Assembly (NCBI GenBank): GCA_050292425.1
Contig: JBNKLP010000005.1
Location: 1 to 63,640 of the forward strand
DNA from: Candidatus Nanoarchaeia archaeon
Lineage (GTDB): Archaea; Nanobdellota; Nanobdellia; Woesearchaeales; UBA583
Length of the DNA stretch: 63,640 nt
Reading direction: 5' to 3'
The position numbers were made by a program, and so were the translations under genes. The notes beneath the pieces are model-generated. The model was not told where the DNA came from, did no database searches, and saw only the letters and a list, made by a program, of their open reading frames with translations. Of this stretch, positions 7,896 through 17,400 are shown one piece after another. Position 1 is the first letter of the stretch, and the number at the start of each line of letters is the position of its first letter.

Positions 7896-8834
7896 TTAAG
7901 GAATATCAGTCCTAATCCACATCCTTCCAACTGCAGGTGATGCCGGATCAGATGTCCTAGCCTCAATAATAGAGCCTCCAGCAACTGAATCAACATAACC
8001 CTTTGTTGCAACAGTATCAGCAGAGTCCCCTGAAGTTGTCTGAGTTCTCATTCTTATTTTTCCATTAACATCCAATTTCTGAGTAGGATTATTTGTCCCT
8101 ATTCCTACATTTTCATTATTCTTGATCCATACTGCATCCTTATTATCTCCAAAACCTAAAATAATGTCATTTGTGGGACTATCCTGAGCCCTTATTATAA
8201 AATCTCCCACTGTTGCTGAACCCATAAAATGTCCATTACTTAAAGCTAGACCTATCTGTCCATATTCACTTAATACATTCCCTGTTGACCCAAATAATGT
8301 TGGATGTTCTGTTAAAATCAATGCTGGAGAATTTGTTCCTGCTCCAACTGCTGCCATTCCTCCACCTGGAAAAGTAGATTGAACATGAATTGCTGTGATA
8401 GGAGCATTAATTCCAACCCCAACTTTTCCTGAACTTCTATACACATCTCCCCCATTCACACTCCACACTCCACTTCCTGAAACTGCACTTGTTACATAAC
8501 TCTGAGTGGCTACTGGCTGACTATTCATAAGTAAATTCCCAATCACATTCAAATCCCCATTAATAGTATCACCATCAGCATTCACAAAAAGATTATTTAG
8601 CTCTTCTCCTTGATAATAAGTTGAATCATTAAGATGAACGGTTGTATTAAACACAAAATCTCCTCCTCCTTCATCTCCTCCAAAAATACCTGCCCTTATA
8701 TCCTCAGCACTTGTCCAAACTCCATTAGTATCTGCCCACGCAATACTTCCAAAAACTAGGACAAGCAATAAAAAAATATTTGTCCCAAAGTTAAAATTTG
8801 TTTTGAAATTATCAGAAACCATAACAACTTTCAA
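7896..8834 (-). CDS. Secreted tail-fibre-like protein
   Basis: Signal peptide (IFLLLVLVFGSIAWA). Two VAT[QK][SG]YV motifs and NVGIGTNNPTQKLDVNGKI. The listed start is TTG at 8834. The first ATG is at 8822. Confidence 0.55.
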   Translation of the reverse strand: MKVVMVSDNFKTNFNFGTNIFLLLVLVFGSIAWADTNGVWTSAEDIRAGIFGGDEGGGDFVFNTTVHLNDSTYYQGEELNNLFVNADGDTINGDLNVIGNLLMNSQPVATQSYVTSAVSGSGVWSVNGGDVYRSSGKVGVGINAPITAIHVQSTFPGGGMAAVGAGTNSPALILTEHPTLFGSTGNVLSEYGQIGLALSNGHFMGSATVGDFIIRAQDSPTNDIILGFGDNKDAVWIKNNENVGIGTNNPTQKLDVNGKIRMRTQTTSGDSADTVATKGYVDSVAGGSIIEARTSDPASPAVGRMWIRTDIP

Positions 8835-8889
8835 AGTTAATCATTTAAAATAATGTATATTCACCTATAAGTAAACTCAATTAAATAAA

Positions 8890-9591
8890 TTATCTTTTCA
8901 CAAAAACAAATTCTCCAGGAATAAGAAAATTAACATTTGAATGTGGAATAATATAATCTATTTTATTATATTTCAAGGAATCTCTAAAATCTTTATTATT
9001 AATAGAAATAGACAAATCATTAAACTCAAAAAGTTCAAATCCAACTGAATATGCAAGATTAATGAAATCAACAATTTTACTGGCTCTGCATTTCCAGTAA
9101 TACTCCCAATGTTCTCTATTCTTTCTTTGAAATTCATCCTCTTTAGGAAAAACAAACATATCCTTCACATAAAATATACCTCCTTTTTTTAAATTGGCAA
9201 AGACATTCCTAAAAGTTTTCTCAACATTCGAATAACACATACTTTCAAGAGCAAGAAAATGGGTTGCATCTTTGTATTCATAATTTTCCATATTTGCAAT
9301 TTCAAAATTTGAATTAGGATAATTTAACAAACATTGCTTTACACACTCCTTACTTGTTGAAATTCCAACTGAATTACAAAACTCCCTTAAAGAATCAACA
9401 ACATATCCACTTCCACAACCAAGATCAACAACTTTTGAACCTTTTGATATTTTTGCTTTTTTAATAATATATTTCAGAAAATCTTGCTTAGTCTCTCCTA
9501 CAAGTGCAACATGATAAAAAGAATAATTAGAAAATATGTCCTTAGAATGAATATCATAAAATTCCTTTTCATTCTTCCAAGGCAAATTCAT
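8890..9591 (-). CDS. Class I SAM-dependent methyltransferase
   Basis: Motif I VVDLGCGSGYVV, and post-I/II layout (FLALESMCY, LKKGGIFYV). Confidence 0.75.
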   Translation of the reverse strand: MNLPWKNEKEFYDIHSKDIFSNYSFYHVALVGETKQDFLKYIIKKAKISKGSKVVDLGCGSGYVVDSLREFCNSVGISTSKECVKQCLLNYPNSNFEIANMENYEYKDATHFLALESMCYSNVEKTFRNVFANLKKGGIFYVKDMFVFPKEDEFQRKNREHWEYYWKCRASKIVDFINLAYSVGFELFEFNDLSISINNKDFRDSLKYNKIDYIIPHSNVNFLIPGEFVFVKR

Positions 9592-10016
9592 CTTTTTCCA
9601 AAAAACTTTTTCTTTCGTACTCTCTTAACACTATCTATTCCAATTCTTGAAGGCAAAGCACAAAGTGAAGCAAGCACACATTTAATCTCAAAATAACTAA
9701 TATCAACATTAATTTTATCTTTTATAATTGAAAGTTTATCAACATTTTCATCTTCTATAACCTGCATTACATCATTAATTTTATCTTCATCAACAACATC
9801 CTCTACACTAATCAAACTTTTGGCAATAAGTTCAACAATTTGTCTCTCTATACTCTCAACTTTCATTTCTCGGATCTTGGCAATCTTCTCAATAGAATTT
9901 CTTTTCATAAAATAATCATAAGTTTCTTCCAAAGTTTCAGTAAGTGGTTTTCTCTTGAATTCCATAGCCCAATTAGCCCATGAAAATTTTTCAACATCAA
10001 CACTCATAATAAACAA
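9588..10016 (-). CDS. Stand-alone helicase-associated HTH (HTH_40-like) domain protein
   Basis: ETYDYFMKRNSIEKIAKIREMKVESIERQIVELI...ISYFEIKCVL resembles the C-terminal HTH_40 module of UvrD-like helicases, recognised from memory. 4-nt overlap with the methyltransferase gene. Confidence 0.4.
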   Translation of the reverse strand: MFIMSVDVEKFSWANWAMEFKRKPLTETLEETYDYFMKRNSIEKIAKIREMKVESIERQIVELIAKSLISVEDVVDEDKINDVMQVIEDENVDKLSIIKDKINVDISYFEIKCVLASLCALPSRIGIDSVKRVRKKKFFGKR

Positions 10017-10092
10017 ATAATTCTTTAGATTTAAATAACTTTCCTCTCTATAATCAAATTTAAAAATAAATACTTCTATTTAAAAGATAGAG

Positions 10093-10665
10093 ATGAAAAT
10101 AATTTCAAAAAAAAACATCAAAAATCATGAACAATTCTACCTTGATGAAATATTAAATGGAAAAATCTTCATCTATCCAACTGATACAATTTATGGAATA
10201 GGATGTGTGGCAACAAACAAAAATTCAATTCAAAAAATAAAACAAATCAAACAAAGAGACTCATCAAAACCCCTCTCAATTATTGCACCATCAAAGAACT
10301 GGATTCAAACCAACTTTAAAATACTTGAAAAACACAAATCATATTTTAATAAACTTCCAGGACCCTTAACATTAATATTTGAAAAAAAAGAAAACTCAAA
10401 TCTCTCAAAAGAAATATCACCTACAAACTCAATTGGAATAAGAATTCCAGATCATTGGATTTCAAATCTAATTGAAAAAACTAAAAAACCATTCATAACA
10501 ACATCAATTAATATTTCTGGAGAACCAAACATAACTCAAATCACTCAACTATCTCAACAAATTACAAACAAAGTGGACTATATAATAGATGAAGGAGAAT
10601 TAAATAACAAACCATCAACAATTATTGACTTAACAAAAGAAGAACCAATTATATTAAGAAAATAA
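10093..10665 (+). CDS. tsaC: L-threonylcarbamoyladenylate synthase, short TsaC/YrdC/Sua5 form
   Basis: YPTDTIYGIGC, KPLSII, GIRIP, TSINISGEP motifs. 190 aa. Confidence 0.85.
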   Translation: MKIISKKNIKNHEQFYLDEILNGKIFIYPTDTIYGIGCVATNKNSIQKIKQIKQRDSSKPLSIIAPSKNWIQTNFKILEKHKSYFNKLPGPLTLIFEKKENSNLSKEISPTNSIGIRIPDHWISNLIEKTKKPFITTSINISGEPNITQITQLSQQITNKVDYIIDEGELNNKPSTIIDLTKEEPIILRK

Positions 10666-10666
10666 A

Positions 10667-11464
10667 TTACTTTTTCTTCTTTGAATCCACTTCCTTAAAT
10701 CTTCTCATCTCCTTTCTAATCTCTCTGAAAAGCAATACAACAAGTAAGAAGTTAATCAAAATCCAGAACACAACTGAACCTCTTATATCTCCAATCTTTA
10801 TTGGAAGATATGAATACTCAAAAGCAATAGTATTTGGAGTTTCCTTATCAACATTCCAATATGCTGTTTTATCATCTGAATCAATACTCTCAGGTTCCAA
10901 ACTCAAATAAGTATAATGATAACCACTAGGTAACTTCATTTTCAAATTTCCTTTTTCAATGGGAATTGTTGTATACTCTTTTATAGGAACCTCTAAATTC
11001 TTAAAAAACAGTCCTGAAGGATCATAAATTATTTTATACTCCAAATTAATCTGATACTCAAAACCTGGCAAAACTGGAGTAAATATCTCAAGTGCAACAA
11101 TAACATAATCTGCTGTCTCTAAAACTCTATGAGAAATATCTTTTCCATACCTATCAGTAACTTTAATATTCTCAACTTCAATTGCTGAAACACTATTATT
11201 CACAACCTTGTTAATCTTGAATTCCACACTTCCTGGCACTATTCCCACAGTGTGTATATTCTTCAAAGTCATCTCTTTTTTAACTTCAATTGTATTATCC
11301 TTGTTTATAGTAAGTTCTGTATTATAATTTGAAAAAACTTCAACAGCAGCATATGAAGACACACACATCAAAAAAAACAAAAACAAAATCATAACTGGCC
11401 TTAACAAGGATTTCATATAAAAATCTTTAAATCTTAAATATTTAAATCTTTGGCTAACACTCAT
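10667..11464 (-). CDS. Signal-peptide protein with a C-terminal TM anchor and basic tail
   Basis: N-terminal hydrophobic segment (VMILFLFFLMCVSSYAA). C-terminal VVFWILINFLLVVLLF then REIRKEMRRFKEVDSKKKK. Starts 12 nt after the giant gene's stop. Confidence 0.55.
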   Translation of the reverse strand: MSVSQRFKYLRFKDFYMKSLLRPVMILFLFFLMCVSSYAAVEVFSNYNTELTINKDNTIEVKKEMTLKNIHTVGIVPGSVEFKINKVVNNSVSAIEVENIKVTDRYGKDISHRVLETADYVIVALEIFTPVLPGFEYQINLEYKIIYDPSGLFFKNLEVPIKEYTTIPIEKGNLKMKLPSGYHYTYLSLEPESIDSDDKTAYWNVDKETPNTIAFEYSYLPIKIGDIRGSVVFWILINFLLVVLLFREIRKEMRRFKEVDSKKKK

Positions 11465-11476
11465 AGTAACAACCCC

Positions 11477-14400
11477 TCACTTCTTCCTCTCCAAAGGATC
11501 AAATCCAGTTAAAATCATATTATTATAATCAAACTCTCCTAGTGAAGACAAATTAAAATTAACATCCCACATATTTGAAGAGTTCCATTCTCCTGAATAA
11601 TTCAAAAGAACTCCCTCATCCAGAATTAATGAAGAAATATTAAACTGATGCAAAGTTCCATTTACTCCACCAACATCAACCAAATCAATACTCTCATTCA
11701 AAGTAGAATACCTAGAAGAAGTTGAAAAAGTAAAGCCTGATGACAAATTAAACTCATCAGAAACAAATGCATAAACAAACAAACCACTATTAATTGGACT
11801 CTGATACTCACCCAAATTCCTCAAACTCAAACTAACTCCAAACAAGCCTTCTCCAAACTTAACAATACTTCTATCAAATCTCAATTTCCTTGACTCAAAC
11901 AATTCTTCCAAAATCCTAAGTGTCTTATCCAAACTAAGACCATTTACATTTGGATTTAAATTTGAAACTGCATATCCTGCAACCAAATATTCACTATCAA
12001 TTTCACCTGTTCCATTAACTGTAAAAGTTACAACTGTGCTCTCCCCATTATTCAAACTAACCTGTCTCAAATTAGTATTTGTAACCCACATTGGAACTGT
12101 ACTTGAATCATTCACCAAAACCCTTCCAAAATAAGTTAAATTCAAATCATCAACTGCAGCATCTGCGCTCCATCCTGTAACTCCATCATATCTTATTCTA
12201 GTTGCAATGTCCCCAATATAAGAACTCAAATTAATATATGTATTCAAATAAGGATCTGTTTGTAATGTTTGTTGCTGGCCTGTTCTCGACCATACATCAT
12301 TCACCCAACTACTTCCATCAAACACATCCAAATGCAAAGTTCCAACATTAGTTCCAAACATATGATACCAAAAATCAAAACCTGCATTTTCCTTATCATT
12401 TGAAAAAGTAGGTCCTGTTAAAATTGCAGAAGTATCAGCACCTTGACAAGCATTACCAGATGCTTCAACATATCCATACCAACCAAATGCTGTTTTCAAA
12501 GTATTATCAATAGTAGGACCTGTTCCTGTTGAAGGAGTTCCTCCCTGATCACGTATCCAATCACAACTTCCTCCATCAATACTCCACTGACCAAACCCAA
12601 GTTCCAAATCTTCAAAATATGAAATATAATCATACAAATAAAAACTCACATTAACCAATCCACAATCTCCTCCCTCGCAACTCACATTAAAACTCACATT
12701 AACAAGTTGATTTTGATAAACATCAATGGTAGGCTCACTTCCCAAAAAATCAACAACAATATTTGGGAACACAACATCAACACTCCAATTAACTCCATTA
12801 TCTAACCAATAAGAATTCTCAACCATATCTTCCACATAAACATTCCAGCTATAATTACCATTCTTTCTAAAATTATATGTGAAATTAAGAAGTGAAGTTG
12901 AAAGACCACTCAAATCAATAGTCTTTGTTCCATCCAAATTCATATTCTCATCCCAAACATAAAGTTTTGCAAAACCTAACTCATTATTATCCGAAACATT
13001 AGCAACAAAATTAACTTGACTAGTTGAAAAAAATGTTCCACTAATAGGAAAAATCTTGTAACCAGTTGGAGGAACAACCTCGGCAATCGTCAAATTAATC
13101 TGCGATGTGTCAACACCAGAACCAAGACCTGAATTAATATCACTAGAAACAAAGGCCGAAAAACTATCTAAAACATTTCCTGTTGCATTAATATAAAAAG
13201 TCACAACTACGCTCTCATTAATATTCAAATTAACAGTATTCGAATTTGTAGTATTAGTCCAAAAAGGACTATCTGCTGAGTTATTCATAACATAAAAAAT
13301 ATTCTCCCATACAGAGATATTTAAATCATCAACGGCAATATCACTTCCCCAATTAGTTCCTCTCTCTCCGACAATTCTAAATTGACCATTTCCACTAAAA
13401 TCAAAATTAAAACTATTATTATACCAAATATCTCCTTGATCCAAACTCAAATTCCACAAGTTATACCAAGAACTTCCATCATTAAAATCAACATAAATAC
13501 TTCCTAAATCAGGTCCAAACATATGATACCAAAAATAAAAATTAACAGTCCCTGATGATGAAAAAATTGGACTTAAAAAATATGCCTGATCACCATTGGC
13601 AACAGGATTAGATGTCTCAAAATAAGTATACCAACCAGTTGCACTGCCTAAAGTATGATCAACACTTGGACCTGTTCCTGCAGAACCTGTAGGTCCCTGA
13701 TTCAAAGTCCAATCCTGCTGGTCTCCAATAGCAGTATTAGTCCAACTACCTAGAGTTCCAGTCTCAAAATCTTCAAAATAAACATAAGTTTGTGTCAACT
13801 CCTCATAAAGCAAAGTCACATTAACCAATCCACAATTACCAACATGGCAGCTAACATTAACTTGAAGAGGTCTAAAATTATACTGATTAATATAAAAAGG
13901 CGAAGAAACATTCCCTACATAATCAATTGTCAAATAAGGAAAAATTACTGTCAAACTCCAGTTGTTACCCAAAAACACATCATTACCAAAAGTATCATTA
14001 ATTTCAATATTCCACAAATAATCTCCTGCCATACTGAAATTGTAATCAATACTAAATATTGAACTAATATTACCTTGCAAATCCATAACTACACTATCAT
14101 AATATACTCCTTCACTTGTCCAAATCCAAAGCTTTGCACTATCAAGTCCCATATTATCAGTTGCACTTGTACTAAAACTCAGATTATTAAAGTTAAATGA
14201 CGAACCATTAACTGGAGAAATCTTGACTCCACTTGGTACTTGCAAATCTGAAATAGTAAAATTAAAAACAGAACCTGCTGCCCCAGAACCAAGACCTGAA
14301 TTTATATCACTAGAAGCATAAGATCTTATGCTCTCATAAAGACTGCCTGTTGCATTAACATTAAAACTAACAACTATGCTCTCATTTACATTCAAATTAA

Positions 14401-17400
14401 TTGTTTGTGGAATACTTGAATTACTCCAAAAAGGAATACTTGAAGTAGTTGGAAAATCCAAAAACTGATACTCAACAACACTTATATTTAAATCATCAAC
14501 TGCAATATCACTTCCCCAGTTAGTACCTCTCTCACCAATAAACCTAAGTTGCGTATTCCCATTATAATCAAAACTTACAACTCTATTGTACCAAACATCT
14601 CCTTGATCTCCACTAATAGACCAAAGTGTTGACCACACACTTCCATTCAAAAACTCAACCTGTAAAGTTCCCAAATCAGGACCAAGCATATGATACCAAA
14701 AATCAAAAACAACAGTTCCAGATGATGAAAAAACAGGACTTACTAAATATGCCTGATCTCCATTGGCAACAGGATTGGATGTCTCAAAATATGTATACCA
14801 ACCAGTTGCACTGCCCAAAGTATGATCAACACTTGGACCTGTTCCTGCAGAAGGAGTTCCTCCTTGATCCAGAGTCCAATCCTGCTGATCGCCAATAGCA
14901 GTATTAGTCCAACTACCTAAAGTTCCAGTCTCAAAATCTTCAAAATAATTGTAAGTTGTAACAAGTTGCTCAGAAAGCAGACTAACATCAACAGAACCAC
15001 AATTACCAATATGACAACTAATATTCACAAAAATTTGTCCATTTTGAGTTCCATCAACATAAAAAGGATCACTAAATCCATTAACATACTCCAAAGTCAG
15101 ATAAGGAAAAATTACTGTTAAAGTCCAATTACTACCTAAAAAAACACTATTTCCAAAAGTATCATTAACCTCAATATTCCACATATAATCTCCAGCCATG
15201 CTAAAATTATAATCCATATTAAATAAACTACTAATTGCACCACCTAAATCCAAAATCTTAGAATCATAAAAACTTCCATCTAAATTCCAAACCCATAACT
15301 TTGCGCTATCAAGTCCAAAATTATCATTTGCACTTGCACTAAAACTCATATTATTCACAGTAAAAGATGAGCCATTAATTGGAGAATTTTTGCTTCCAGA
15401 AGGAGGCTGCAAATCAGCAATAATAATATGCTTATCATTACTCTTTGATGCAATAGTATAATCACTCTGAGCTTTTGCCATCGAAAAAATTGGGATTGTA
15501 TCTCCAACATTTCCTGTTGCATTAACATTAAAACTCACTAATTGGGATTGTCCTTGATTCAGATTTACACTCAGCATAGCATCTCCCATTATCCACAATG
15601 GAGAACTACTTGAATTAAGAATCTGTTTTCCATTCGCATAAATTCTCAAATCATCAATTGCAGCATCTGCGCTCCACCCAGTAACACCATCATATCTTAT
15701 CCTAACTTGAATATCTCCTGAATATGAACTCAAATCCACTGCAGCCTGCAAATAAGGATCTGTCTGTGTTGCCTGCTGAGCTCCAGTAACTGACCATACA
15801 TCATTAATCCAACTACTGCCGTCAAACACATCAAGATGAAGTGTACCAAGTGCAGTTCCAATCATATGATACCAAAAACTAACATTAGTTGTCTCTACCC
15901 CTGCACTAAATACAGAACTTGTAAGAACTGCTTGAGTATCTGCTCCTTGACAAGCATTACCTGATGCTTCAACATATGCATACCATCCTGTTGCTGTTCC
16001 AAGTGTATTATCAATAGTAGGTCCAGTATTTGCTGAAGGAGTTCCCCCCTGATCACGTACCCATGTACAACTTCCACCATCTGCTGTCCAATTTCCAAAA
16101 CCAACTTCCAAATCTTCCAAATAATCATAAATGAAATTTCTTCCTAAACTCACATCAATAGCACCACAATTTCCAGTATTATCACAACTCACATTAAGCA
16201 AAACTGTATCTGCACTATTCTTCTCAATAAGTAAGTCTGAATAATCATCAAAATCATCATTAAACACATATCCCGGACCAACTCCCATATAAGCACTAAA
16301 ATGAGTTACTTCAAACCAGACATGTGTATCATTCTGCTCAAAACCAAAACCTGAATCCTGCCAGAAAGTAACACAACTTCCATTAACAAAATCAGAACAG
16401 GTCAAAATACTTCCAATTCTCAAATCTGAAGATTTTGACAAAATAATTGCAGTCTTTGAGAAATTTAAAGCTTCAACATTAAGAATTGGCGTTAATATAC
16501 CACTCCCCTCATCACTTGAAATTCCACTATCCAAAACCTCCATCTTTGAAAAGCTTCTAACATCCAAATCATCAAACTTTAATCTTACATTCTCTTTGGC
16601 TACAGTTACATTTACAACATTCAACTTTGATTTGCTCTTTGAAAAACCTTTAATCTCTACTCCAAGATTGTTTTCATAATCACTAACTTCAACAGACTTC
16701 AAAACATTCAAATCAAACTTATTCTCAAAACCAAAAATATCTCTTATTACAATATTTTCATTTGCATCATAAATTATTCCTCTTAATTTAATATTTCTTT
16801 TTTCATTCCTATTATGTTCTTCCTTTTTATCCTCAAACTTATTTTTTTTATCATCAACAAATTCAAAACCTTTTGGTAATATTATATAATTCAAAAAATC
16901 TTCATCAATGACTTCAATTTCAAATTCAAACTCTTCTCCTATAACTATGCTTCTTGGGACTTCCTTAAAACTCACAGTTCTAATATCTTCTACTCTTTTA
17001 GAAATATACAAATTTCCAAACTCACATTTACCTACATCTTCAATTTCAAATTCAGAATCTTCACAAAATTTTCTTGAAAAAAAATAATAGTTTTCTATTC
17101 CTTCAGGAACTTTATTCAAATTACTTCTTTTTTGAAAATAACTTTCAAAATCAAAAACTCCTCCATCATTTCTAATCCTATTCTCCTTAATAATTTCAAA
17201 AAACATATCTTCAAAATCAAAACTACTTTCATAATCCGCAAAATCATTCGAATCAATTTGAGTTCCATCATAAAAAATTGCCTCAAACTCTTTAAATAAA
17301 TCTCCAGACTCTGAATACACTCTTACTTCATAAGTATCAAGCAAAATCTCCCTATCTACAACAAAAGAAAATTGACAGCTCCCTATACAAGTAACATCAA

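Noticed and set aside
7886-8011. N-terminal extensions of listed ORFs: 5669-8011, 3027-4172, 22837-23592, 28417, 17965, 18426 and 31540.
   Set aside because: The extensions overlap upstream genes or promoters, or begin at TTG. Internal ATGs give proper signal peptides or conserved N-termini, with TATA or SD elements at the right distance.
13790-14898. Plus-strand 90-aa ORFs at 13790-14062 and 14626-14898. Similar antisense ORFs occur inside tkt, zwf, gyrA, metG and the ATPase gene.
   Set aside because: They are shadow ORFs antisense to well-supported genes, low-complexity and without starts in good context. The pair here merely reflects the duplicated sense sequence.
12134-16126. Strong nucleotide periodicity here, and at 5672-6470, was considered as a possible CRISPR or satellite array.
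   Set aside because: The repeats are in-frame coding repeats of 1167 nt and 114 nt inside long ORFs. There is no short-repeat/unique-spacer organisation and there are no cas genes.
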